DNA of 64,000 nt from Cenococcum geophilum (Eukaryota): assembly GCA_050273025.1 (NCBI GenBank), contig CP158635.1, positions 20,894,001-20,958,000 on the forward strand. The letters run 5' to 3'. The position numbers were made by a program, and so were the translations under genes. Under the pieces are notes generated by a model that saw nothing but the letters and a program-made list of their open reading frames with translations, was not told the origin of the DNA and searched no databases. This document shows, one piece after another, positions 1 through 11,899 of the stretch; position 1 is the stretch's first letter, and every line of letters starts with the position of its first letter.

Positions 1-2956
1 TAAGGAAGTCCCCATTAAGGCGTATAATAGTATTAAAAAAGTAGAGCGATATTACGCGCCATTACGCCGCGTATATAAGATTATCTCTTTAGAACTAAAG
101 GACGCTAGCGAAGAACTTACCTTGTAAATAGCTGTTAAAGCTATTAATAATTCCGCTGGCCCGGATAGACTCGTACTTATATTACTAGTCTTTAGCGCCT
201 ACCCTTAAATAACTAATAATTCTTTACTATTTCCCTTTATTATATAATAAGCTAAGGCTATTCGCAAGGTAATAAAGGAGGTGCGACGTCTTTACGCTAT
301 ACGCTAGGTTAATAACGCACTAGGAATAAGAAATGGCCTAAATACCTTAACTACGCTTAATCTGCCACTCTAGTCTAAAGTACGCATATAGCGTAAAAAG
401 GGAGGATAGTTAGGCCTATATTAACTTATTGCAATTAATGGTTAAACTTATACTATTTAGATGCCTCACAGACCCACTTAATTCTGTTTAACTATTATTA
501 AGCCTTACTATAAAGATAATAATTATAAGCCTTTATAGGATGCCCTAGAAGATGCCCTAGAAGAGAACTATAATTAACGTACTCTAGAAGACGACTACAA
601 TCCCAATATAATTGTAGTAGATATGTTATAACCATAACGCGGTAGAGGTCGCCTAAAGGGATTATAAAATCGCTAATATCTTATTAATTTTAAAGAATAA
701 TTTGTTGCCGCCATTAAGAATGGAGTTGAGTTATTAATGGCCTTTATAACAGCTAAAGAGAAGGCTAACTTTAAGCTCGTAAAACAGCTTTAAAAGGAAG
801 GTCGTATTATAACCCTAGGAGCTCCTTTCCAAGCATCTGATAAGTAGGAGATTAACGGTCTTATTGCAAGAGGAGTCTTTAAATTTAAAAAGTATGACCC
901 TACTAAGTTTAATAAAGTTTGCATCTTTAAGTTAAGAATGGTTAATGAGATTAAAGGCAAAGCTACTAACGCCCTATTTAAGAAATTAAGGCTTATTATT
1001 TAAGGTTATAACGATAATAGTAAGGAGGTAATTCTTACATAATCTCTTATAATTTAACGAGCTAGTTAGCAAGTTATTATTGCGCTAGCTCCCTCCTTAA
1101 TAAAGAATGGAATAGCGGTTTATTTATAAGATATTACTTAAGCCTACACCTAATTAGAGACGCACCTTTAGCGCTTAATATTGGCATACCTTCTGGAGCA
1201 AATTCGCCACTAGTATCCTGAAGATACAATTATAGTTGTGCTTAAGCTATTGTATAGAATTGTAGAGGTAGGAACTTACTAGTGGGCTACCTACAGTAAG
1301 CACTATAAAGAGAAGCTTTTAATAACTACTTCTATATTTAATTCCTGCTTCCTTATTATAACTATAGGAACTCTGTTTGGAATTATTGGTATATAAACTA
1401 ATAATACAATTATCTTAGGGGACGACTAATTCTTAGCTCTTAAAGAAGATAAGCTAGTAAAGGCAAATCTTATAGTAAAGCTAAAAGAAAAGCTTAATTT
1501 AATAACACTATTACTCTTTAATAGATGCATCCTCTCCCTAAATAAGGATTCTATTGCTTTACGCCAGAAGGGTTAAGGTAAGAAGATCGACGTTATTAAC
1601 GTTAATTCCCTAAAGTAAGGATATGTGGAGTAACGCGCTTATAGAGCTTATATTACTTCTATCTATTAACCTAAGGCTTTATTTAATCTCTCCGTTGCCG
1701 CCTAATACTAGGAACCAACTAAGGATGACGTTTTTACCCTAAATAAACGTCTTTTTTGGTAAATAAACCATCTTAATTGGGGACTACTCTACGTGCCTAT
1801 TAATCTTCCTACCGCTAAGCTCTTTATATTTATTAATAGATCGTTTATAAATAATAAAGATTTTAGCTCCTAGTTAGGATATAAGATTATTATCGCGAAC
1901 GAATTTACTAGAGAGAATAACTTTATAATCTATAGTAATCTTATCTATTAGAGCTTAACTAAAAGCAAGCGCGTTACCTAAAGTGTTTTAGCGTTAGAGA
2001 TATATAGAATAGTTAGCGGAGTTAATATAGCAATTGCAATTGGAACTACCCTAAAGATAATTATAGATCGACTTAAACTTCCCGTTATCCCTATAATTGT
2101 GTGCACTAACTCATATTCCCTTTATAAGTGTTTAATTAAGCTTGGTACCATAAAAGAGAAGCGCCTTATAATTGATATTATGGCACTTTAGCAATCCTAC
2201 GAGCGTTAAGAACTCTTTAAGATTTAATAGATTAATAGCTAAAATAACCCGGCAGATATAATAACAAAGGCGAACCCAAATAAGGCACTAGAGATGTTTG
2301 TTAATATAAATACTCTGCGTGTACGAGTTAAAGGTTAGGTTAAAAGGGAGTCCCTAGAAATTTCTTAGTCACGTAAGGTCTTAAGATATCTAGGAACTTT
2401 AACCGGCGGTTAAAGTTGTCTAATTGGTTAGATTCTCTTGCTAAGACTTTTTTAGAGGGGGAGCCTAACTTAATCTAGCCAATTAGGATTTTTTATCCCC
2501 GGGATAGAAAATCGCTATTAGCTCGCTTACTACTAGCGCCTTAGTGGCCCTCTAAACACGATATCTACCTATAACTCCTAAGTAAGAAAGCACCACGTGC
2601 TAAGAGGCAAATTTTGGGATAGCAAGACTTATATTATAATGGCAATAGTAAGTAAAAAGGATTAATATTTGTTACGCTAGTTAAGCGGTATATATATATA
2701 TATAGATGGCAACTACAAAAGAAGAGTTACCAGTATTAGGAATAAAGGCAAGTGGTCACTATATGAGGCATATTGCCACCACGTGTGGCAAGTTGCCGTT
2801 ACGTGCGGCAAGTTGCCGTCACGTGCCGCCGCGGCACTAGCGTGGTGAGGAACCTTAAGTTCCTTACCCCTTTCTTTAACGAATCAAAAAGAATAACAAT
2901 TATCATACTATCTACGAACCGTAGCTACGTGATATCACCTTGTGTAACCTACAATA
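1..2956 (+). mobile_element. Ty1/Copia LTR retrotransposon, 3' part (end of integrase, RT, RNase H, 3' UTR, 3' LTR), RIP-inactivated, nested in a Gypsy RT gene
   Basis: De-RIP reading gives KSRLVIQGYND..ILTQSPTIQR (~980-1060), GMQTDDTIIL (~1390), FVDGSFANNKD..SQLG (~1830), SKRVTRSVLASE (~1965) and NPADAMTK (~2245). Pol ends ~2369, followed by a purine tract at ~2717 and an LTR ~2734-2956. Gypsy RT resumes immediately after. Confidence 0.9.
2734..2956 (+). repeat. Copia 3' LTR
   Basis: Follows aaaagaagag PPT-like tract, starts tattagg (RIP'd tgttgg) and ends ...cctacaata. The right end is +/-3 nt. Confidence 0.7.
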
Positions 2957-3988
2957 TTAAACTATCGCAATTATTAGCGGGTTATTTAGTATAATTTGTA
3001 CTAAAGAAGAATAGTAAACTAAGGCTGTGTATTAACTATAGATAGTTAAACAGCATTACTAGAAAGGATAGATATCCTTTACCCTTAATTAGCAAAATCT
3101 AAGATAGGATAGGCAATGCGTAAATCTTTACAAAGATAGATCTAAGATAGGCGTACTATTAGATTAGAATTAAGGAAGGCAATAAATAGAAGGCAGCCTT
3201 TAGGTTAAAGGAAGGACTATATAAACTATTAGTTATGCAATTCGGGCTTATAAACACACTAGTAATGTTCTAAAAGCGTATTAATAATATATTAGGAGAG
3301 TACTTAGATAAGTTTATTATAGTATATTTTATTATTATTATTATCTACTTAATAATTAAGGAAGAATATAGAGAATACGTTAAATGGGTCTTAAAGAGAC
3401 TATAAGAAGAATAGATGCTAGTAGCAATTAAGAAATACAAGTTCTTTACTAGAAAGACCGATTTTATTAAATTTATTATTAAACTAGGCTAACTTAGTAT
3501 AGATCTAAAGAAGATTAAGGCTATAGTGAATTAGTAAGAACTAGAGAATATTATATAGTTAAGATTATTCTTAGGGTTTTGCAATTACTATAAAAGGTTT
3601 ATAGCGTAATAATTAAAGGATATTAAACTATTTACGTAATTAATAAAGAAAGAAGAACTATAAGTATAGGGGAAGAAATAATAAAAACTATTTAAAAAAG
3701 TTAAAGGGTTATTTACCTAGGAGCCAGTTCTTAAAATCTATTAACTAGGTCTAGAGACGGTTATAAAGACAAATATATTAAACTTTATATTAGGGGTATA
3801 CTTTATATAGAAATATTTAGACGGATGGTACTTAGTAGTATACTATAGTTGGAAAATAACACTACTAGAGTTAAACTATAACATTTATAATAAGGAGTTA
3901 TTAGGTATAATTATAGTATTAAAGGAATAAAGAGCATTCTTATAAGGTATAGAGAAACTATTTATAATTAAGACGGATTATAAGAACT

Positions 3989-6130
3989 GAATATTCACCA
4001 CACATGCAACCTTACCAAAAGGTGGCGCCGCACTTCAAAACTTACGCATACCCATCTTACCATCAAAAACAATCGATTTCCTAACTTTTAAGACCTAATT
4101 CTCACTGCCTAGCGAGCTAGAGGTGGATTTATTTGTCGTTTTACCCCCTTTTCCCCAGCAGAAAATTCTTCTTAGGGGTGGTCCTAGCTTATAAGCGAGG
4201 CACGGACAGGAACACCAAAACTACAACTACTACTACGAATACTAATAGGGGCTAGTCTTTCTACTACCTTTTAGCCTAATCTCCCCAGAAATCTTCTAGT
4301 AGGATTAGTAAGGAGAAAGGGTATAAAGATAGTAAAAACTAGAAACCCCCCTATAAGATATAAAATGCCAAGGCCTAATAGGTCTAAAAAAAAACCTCCT
4401 ATAGAAATAAGTGATGAAGATTCTACATCTACTTTTTCTCCCCCTTCTCCTTCTCCTGGCCCGTTTAGGACAGGAGAAAAAAGAGGACATCCTCAGTCTT
4501 CTCCTAAAAAAGAAAACCAAAAACCTGCAAAAAAGATAATAAAACTAACAACTACTACGGATAGTATGCCTAGTATACCTCCGTCTTCCCTTTCTCCGGA
4601 AGAACATCTACACGAGGCTTTAAGAAGCCTAATCCAGGCCTATAGAGGGCTAGAAGGAGAAGAACAAGAAGAACAAGTTGGACAGCTAATGGACTATACA
4701 CACAATATCCTAATAGGAAAAAACCCCTTTGCAAAAGAAGAAGAAGAAGAAGAGGCAAAAGAGGTCCTAGAAGGACTAGTAGAAGAAGTAAAAGCTCTCC
4801 GTAAGGAGGTAGCTTCTACTAAAAATACTTACGCAGAGAGACTGAAGAAGGACCTCCCTTCTTTTTCGTCCTCCCCACCCTCCTCACCATTACCACCACT
4901 ACCTTCTACCCCTTCTTCTTCTAGTAGGGGTTCTACTTCTACTAGAAGTAAGAAAAAGCAGCTATAAGAAAGGAAACTAGTCCTAATTACAGACGAAAAG
5001 GACCAACCTCTAGATACCTTCTCTATACGAAATAAAGTCAATCAACTATTTGCATCAAAACTGCAAGTAAAAAAGCCAGTTCTAGCGTCTATAGCTAGAA
5101 CTAAAGGAAAACAAAATATTCTCCTTACGACTACAGAAGAGTATAATGCAGATTTCCTAGTCAAATATAAGGAGATCTGGCATAACTGCTTTACCTTTTA
5201 AAGAGAACAAAAACTAGAACCATGGGTTCAAATTATAGCCCATGGGGTTCCTACCCTACCTTTCCTAGGAGAAGGAGGCTCTAAGCTTCTAAAAGAAGAG
5301 ATTGAGACCTTTAATCCTATAAGGATACAAGGACTACCTAGATGGATCTTATCTAGTGAAAAAAGACACAATCCACAGACCAGATTTGGCTCTATAGTTT
5401 TTACTATAGAGAACGAAGAAAAAAGACAAGAAATCCTTAAGCAAAAAGAGATATTAATTGCAGGTACAGCTACTAAGGTAGTAAAGTACCTTAAAGTCTC
5501 TCCTACTACGCAGTGTAATAGCTGCCAAAAATTTGGCCATATAGGAGACAGATGCTTTACTAGGGCCTGTAGATATTATGCGGCTGCACATCTATCTAAA
5601 GACCACTGCTGTCCTACCTGCTTAATAAGCGGTAGGCCTTGCAAGCATACCACCCCTCTTTGCATTAATTGTAAAGAAAAACACTTTGCTAATAGTAGAG
5701 ACTGCGAGAATCTTAGAGCAGCTAAATTAGTACATAGTACTAGCGTAGAAGACTCTATGGAAGAATAAAATTAATAGAAGTCTAGAAGGAGGTAACTCCT
5801 ACTAGGCTTTTAGGTTAAAAGACAGTAGAGAGCAAAAGGACAGAAATAAATTGCAAAAGGACAGGGACAGGGGTTAGGATTTCTTACAGTTTTTCTTACC
5901 ATTTTCTCATTCCCTAGTAGTTGTAGTATCTTAGTATTTTTACTAGGAAACTATAAACTCCTAATTTAGGGGTTTATAAACTACTAGGATATAGCTACTA
6001 GTACATATTAAGCTGCCCCAAAAAGGATTTATGTATATAGAACTATAGCGCCATAGCCCAGAGGCTGCATGCGCAGTATTGTACGTAGTATAATACAATG
6101 GATAAAAAAAAAAAAAAAAAAAAAAAAAAA
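3989..6130 (+). mobile_element. Non-autonomous LINE derivative carrying only ORF1, with poly(A) tail
   Basis: 13-bp TSD gattataagaact (3976-3988 / 6131-6143) and poly(A) ~6104-6130. The 3' ~330 nt match the LINE end at ~28780-29130. Confidence 0.92.
4365..5768 (+). pseudogene. LINE ORF1 (gag-like, three C-terminal zinc-knuckle-like motifs), one RIP stop at 4965-4967
   Basis: ORF 4365-4967 continues in frame past TAA (from CAA) to CNSCQKFGHIGDRC, CRY(C)AAAHLSKDHCC and CINCKEKHFANSRDC, with stop at 5766-5768. Confidence 0.88.
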
Positions 6131-7809
6131 GATTATAAGAACTTAATAGGATTCCTAATAATAAAGGAACTTAACTAAAAACAGGTTAGATAGGTAGAGA
6201 TATTTATAAAATACTATTTTAAAATTTAGTATACTAAGGGTATAGATAATACGCGGGCTAATGCGTTAAGTTAAAAGGCTAAACTATAAAATAATAAAAA
6301 GCCATTAAGGGCTTTACTACGAAAAGATATAAATAGGTTAATTAAATATAATTATTTAAAGATCGCAGCAACTTAGGAAAATAAGTTAGATAGAATTTAT
6401 AAGTTACTAAAAAGCTTTTAGGTATAGAAAATTCTAAAAGTATAGCTAGAAGATCAATAAACGAATATATATAAAAACTAAAAAGTAAAGTATATCCTAA
6501 AAAGCATAGTAGAGTACTTTATAGAAGATTTCTATAAGGGACTAACTTAAGGATATAATAGAGCTATAGGATTAGTATTAAGACTCTAAGAGGAGTATAT
6601 TATTAATAGAATCTAAAAAATAGCTAGGAGGGTTACTAAGGAGTATCTAAATTATTAAAGAAATAAACTAATAAGGCATAAACTATATAGAGGGCTATAA
6701 CCTATTAAAATACCGAAAAGACTATAGGAGGTCATATTATGGGACTTTATTATTAAGTTACTAAAATTAAGAGATCCTATTATAGGATAAGATTATAACG
6801 CGATCTTAATAATAGTGGATAAACTTATAAAGTAGGGATACTTTATAGCGTGTACAGAAGAAATCTTAGCGGAAGATATCGCTAAAATCTATATTAAAGA
6901 AGTGTTTGTAAGATATAGAGCACTAAGTAAGATTATATCGGATAGGGATTTAAGATTTATAGCAGTATTTTAGAAGGTATTCTTAGCAGAGTAAGAAGTT
7001 TAAGTAGTAACTTCTACTATATATTATCCGCAGACAGACGGTTAAATAAAAAGACTAAATTAGACACTAGAGTAGTATTTAAGGCACTATATTAATTACG
7101 CATAGAATAATTAGGTATTATTATTACTAGTTATATAATTTGCATATAATATAACACCTTAAAAAGGAATAGGCACTTTACTATTTAAGGCAAATTATAG
7201 ATATAAGCTAAGGATATTATTATTACCACATTAAGTAAAGAAGATAAGTAGTATAGTAAAGTAAAGAATAGATATGTTAATAAATCTTTATAAGAACCTT
7301 ACGGAAATAGTAAAAGTAGTATAGTAAAGGATAAAAAGATACTATAACGCTAAGAGATCTAAGGGACTAGATCTTAAGGAGGGAGATAAAGTATGGCTAC
7401 TATACAAAAATTTTAAAAGTTAATAACTAAGTAAGAAGTTGGACTACGTTAGACTAGGACCTTTTAAAATCACATAAAGGATTTTACTAATCACGTTTAA
7501 GTTAAACCTACTAGCCAAAATAAGAATCTACCCTATATAGTATATTACAATGCTAGAGCTAGTATATAGAAATATTAAGCTGCCGGTTTATAAAGTAGAT
7601 ATATATAAAGGGCAAGAAGAAAACAAATAATAAGTTTTAAAAATTGTTAGTTATAAGGACGTAGATAATAAAATATAGTATAAAGTAAAGTGGATAGGCT
7701 ATAATAAGACTACCTAGGAATCACTAGAAAATTTAAAGAACGCTATAGGAAAGATACAGGAGTATTAAAAGAGATTAGGTTAGGTAATATTATTAAAAAA
7801 GGATTAAAA

Positions 7810-8406
7810 AAGGAGTTACTTAAGGGGGACCCAGGAGGAACAGCTACTAAACTATTTAGACTTATTTCCTTTATAGGGGAGTCCGTTCTTTCGTCACTAA
7901 GTTCCTATAAACCTTATTCTATAAGCTTCTACTCCTTAAAACAGACCTTTTTATAAACCTATTTAAGATATAGAAGATAAGTAAAGGCCAAAAGACGAGT
8001 CTTAAGGGCACGCTGTTAAGTAGCCGCAGCCTTTTACTCCGCCTCTCGCGATTAATATAACTTATTAAAGGCGCTTAAGAGCTTACTATTAAGCTTTATA
8101 GCAGTAAATTAAACACGAGACCCTATAATAAATTACTTAGGGAACTTAAAAATTATTAAAAGTTATAGGACGTGTATATTTAGCGTTAGAAATAAAGTAA
8201 ATATTATAAGATAAATAAATATTTACTTTAGTACACTCTAAATAAGAGGAAGGTTGCCAAGATAAGGGACTTACTAGCGTAATATAAACTAACCTCTTTT
8301 TCGTATAATAAGAATACGGAGATGGCATTATTTTACCTAGTAATAGTATAGCAGCAATAGTGCGAGCATATTAAACTGTAGAAGAAAGAGAAATTGCTTT
8401 AGGTAT
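7810..8406 (-). pseudogene. Antisense Zn2Cys6-like plus coiled-coil gene inside Gypsy family A 3' region (copy 1)
   Basis: Two-copy consensus with 42985-43576 gives a C-x2-C-x6-C-x13-C-x2-C-x8-C pattern. Three of six Cys codons are seen directly and three are inferred from TAT/TAC. Confidence 0.6.
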
Positions 8407-8936
8407 AATAAGTAATAATATTAACTAAATTAATTAGACGGATATTACACCTTTAGTTAACAACTTAGAGATATTTAAAATCTTTAAGGATAAAGATAGA
8501 GAGGAGGGAGATAGTATTACGGACGCTTTAAATATAATATTATAACTACTTAGAGAAGAGTTAAAAGAAGCTAGTTAGTTAATATAGGCACAGTCTAAGA
8601 TAGAGCCGGTAGAACTATATAATAAGGAATAGTAACTAAGTTATATAATATAATCTATATAATCTGTATAATCTATATAATCCGTAATAAAGTAAATAAA
8701 GTATACATACCTTACGTATAAGGAGGGTTTCCTAGGAGTACGGTTATATATTTAAAGGACCATAATCCTTACTCTAAATAGTTCTTTCCTTATAGTAATT
8801 TTCAGAATATAATTAGAGTTAATCTATTAGGCAACCACTCCACTAGTTATTATTACGTTGTTGACTTACTTGTAATACCTACACACCTAGCCTAATAACG
8901 AGCCCATCGTAGTTCTTACTATAAGGTTCCGTTATA

Positions 8937-10560
8937 GTCCCTATAAAGATCCCGTTTTTAATAACTATAAGCTGTTTATTCTAAGTATAGGTAAAACCTT
9001 AGCCGTATAAAAGGGCTATTAAAAGGAGTTAAAGAAGTAAATATATAATATATGGAATACTAAAATATAAGGCTATTTAAATTACTTACAGCAAATATAA
9101 AGGCAGAACTGTTGGTATTTAAGCATATCTTATTTATATTACGTTCTATATAGGGTCCATTTCCAGTACCCTAATAGGACCAGTTTTAGGAGCTAAGCCT
9201 AAACTATTTATTAATGCTATTTACTTCCAAATTACGTATATAAGATACTATTCCGCTATATTCCATTAAATTAATCTATAGAAGCAGCTCTCCTCCTTAT
9301 TTAAGTTCTATTTCTAAATCTTAAGTTCTATTTTACTTTAACGTTTAGTAATCTCCAGTTTACTAAGCTAATTTACATAATACTTTAGCGGAGGAATAAG
9401 TGTTTACCAAGTCCGCCCACCTAAGCCTACTTTACTATCCCACTACCCTAAAACACACGCATTAATAAACAGTAGAATATTAAGGCTGCCTAGTACTACC
9501 CCTTTTTCTTTAGCCAAGTTATGCCTAGATAACTTCCTTAGCATTCTTATCTAAAAACTACACTCCCTTCCTCTCCTTTAGAGCTTTTACTAAAACTACT
9601 ATAAGCCGCTTAACCAAACTCGTGTAAGGCAGTAAGGCTTTATATCCACTACTAGCTATATCCTTACCACCCCTCTAAGGGGTAGTTAATTAGCAGGTAA
9701 AGCGGGGTAATCCCTTTAGGCAATGTCCATATATAGACATCTTAGAGATATATAGGCTAGTAGGCTAAATAGGATCCGCTAGGCAACTAAGGTCTACTCT
9801 AATTGTTAAAGTTATATATATCACCAGGGGTTTAAGTAACTATTTAACTGCATATAAATTTCTATATAGGTAGGCTTAGTTGCTTTTACCGTCTAGCCTA
9901 AGCTATAAAGAGGATTAGTATTACTTAGCCTAGCTCTATTCTAACCACCCTAATATAATCTTAGTTTTGTTAGGCCCCTAAAGCAAGTAAGTAATCTAAG
10001 TAGGTTTACTATATAGCTAGACCTTCCAGCTTAAATAAGTTAAGGGCTCTATTGTTTTAAATAGAATGTGGGACATTATATAAGCTAATTAGGTCCTATT
10101 TATTACTTCGCGATTAAGACCTAAGGTACTCTCTTAACTTCCACTAATCTCCCCAAACTAATGTCTTTAAAAAAAGCTTAAGAGGATAGTGTATATAGGT
10201 AGTTTTAGCTATATCTTATTAAGCCACCAAGCAGATTAGAATCTTTATATATATCGCTAGCTATTATTTCTTCTCTTAGGCCTTAAGCATAGTTTCTTAC
10301 TGGGCGTAGTGGGGTTTATAGGCTAGGATTATTGTTATATCCGCTTATCTAGGTATTTAATAGCTCTATAATAGAGTAGATTGGTTGCCTTTATATTAAG
10401 TATTTAGGCAGGTAAAGCAAATTTTAAGTTAATTATAGCCGAGCTCCTAAGCCATAAAATAATAATCTATCAACTTTTTAATTAGCCCTAGGGTTTAAAA
10501 AAACGGTAGAAAATATAGGGGGGTAGAATTTGGCTTTATATAGAGGCTTAAAGTTAGTTT
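8937..10560 (-). other. RIP-degraded probable coding region of unidentified type
   Basis: A long minus-strand frame contains only TAA/TAG (RIP-type) stops and ends at a gtaagt donor-like site (~9090). No family was recognised. Confidence 0.3.
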
Positions 10561-10869
10561 AATAGGGGAAAATGGACAAAGTTATAGCCTAGCAGCTTAA
10601 GATAAAAAGGGGAAAGTATATCACGTTATAAAGCTGGGTCAAAAAAGCCTTTTTAAGCCCTAAAGAGACAGGCGCGAGCGGGGTAAAAAATCACCCTTAC
10701 TCACCTAACACTTACCTCGGCTCGCGCGAGCTTAAGGCAGTAACGCTTACCCACTAAAACGGGAAAAGAAGTCTTTTAACACTTATAGAGAAACCATACC
10801 TAGGTAAATATAAGGGGTATACTTAGCAGAGGCACGTATAAAGGCTATTAGGAATATAGCGGGGACCCA

Positions 10870-11305
10870 ATACAGAGCTTCGTATAAAGCCTCCGTACGC
10901 AGAACTTTATATAGAGCCTTATACAGAGCCTCTATATATAAAGCTTTATATAGAGCTTTGTATAGAGCTTTGTATAAAGCCTTATATAAAGCCTCTATAC
11001 GTAAAGCTATATATAGAGCCTTATATAGAGCCTCGCGTAAAGCTTTATATAGAGCTTTATATAGAGCTTTATACAGAGCTTTATATAGAGCTTTATATAG
11101 AGCTTTATATAGAGCTTTATATAGAGCCTTATATAGAGCCTCTATACGTAGAGCTTTATATAAAGCCTTATGCAAAGCTTTATATAGAGCCTTATGCAGA
11201 GCCTCTATATATAGAGCTTTATATAAAGCCTTCTGTAAAGCTTTATATAGAACCTTGTACAAAGCCTTTATATATAAAGCTTTATATAGAGCTTTATACA
11301 GCCTT
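10870..11305. repeat. 12-bp minisatellite (agctttatatag)n with occasional 15-bp units
   Basis: Directly visible. It generates the repetitive ALYK/ALYR ORFs in the ORF track. Confidence 0.9.
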
Positions 11306-11314
11306 ATAGTATTT

Positions 11315-11477
11315 TTATTACAGCTAAAATTAGGGTCTGCTTAAGTCGTAATTTTAATAATTCGCAGCAATTTACAGAAATCTATATAAGTAGCCTAGCA
11401 AATCGCCAAAATCGCCACAAATCGCCAAAATCGCGACTTACGCCGGTTTTGCAGACCCTAATTTTCGCTTGCAATAA
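11315..11477. repeat. Inverted repeat / palindrome
   Basis: ttattacagctaaaattagggtctgc pairs with gcagaccctaattttcgcttgcaataa. An inner arm taagtcgtaattttaataatt pairs with aatcgccaaaatcgcgactta. Confidence 0.8.
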
Positions 11478-11899
11478 CATACCCAAAAAAAGTTTTCCTA
11501 ATATAATAGTAAAAGCCCTATACTTAATAAGCCTCTTCTTTTAGAGCTTAGTAGTCTATACCTCTTAGCCAATAACGCTTTAAAATACTTTCTCTGTCTA
11601 TCTACCGGCTATATACGCGCTAATTATCTTCTTAAAAAAGCTTCTTAACTTTATTACGGCTACAGTAAGGCCGGTTATCTTAAAGCTAACTACTTTAACC
11701 CTATATATAATAATAAGAGGGAAGCTAGTTATCTTAAGAGTAACTATTCTTATATAACGTGTAACTAATATAGTACTATAGGCTATAGAAAGCAAGACTA
11801 TCCCTAGCTATTAAATAAGAAGAAATAGACTTACCTAAACTATAACTCCCTAGATTATTAAACTGTTTTTTATAGTTAGGTATATAAGAACTACAGAGT

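Larger units (their letters stand above)
2957..8936 (+). mobile_element. Ty3/Gypsy chromovirus family A, copy 1 (RT-RNaseH-integrase-chromodomain, 3' LTR 8515-8936), RIP-inactivated
   Basis: Motifs LRLCIDYR.LN.IT.KDRYPLPLI, MQFGL.N, ELNY.IY.KELL, YPQTDGQ and GPFKI. Colinear with 40270-44106. PPT gaggagggag precedes a 422-bp LTR matching those at 36071 and 43685. Confidence 0.93.

Noticed and set aside
2381..2525. Shared 3' UTR motif as hammerhead or hairpin ribozyme
   Set aside because: No CUGANGA/GAAA arrangement or hairpin-ribozyme loop sequences were found. It is kept only as an unknown structured motif.
10783..11344. ALYK/ALYR ORFs as real proteins
   Set aside because: They are products of a RIP'd 12-bp minisatellite open on both strands. 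The present translations are not meaningful.
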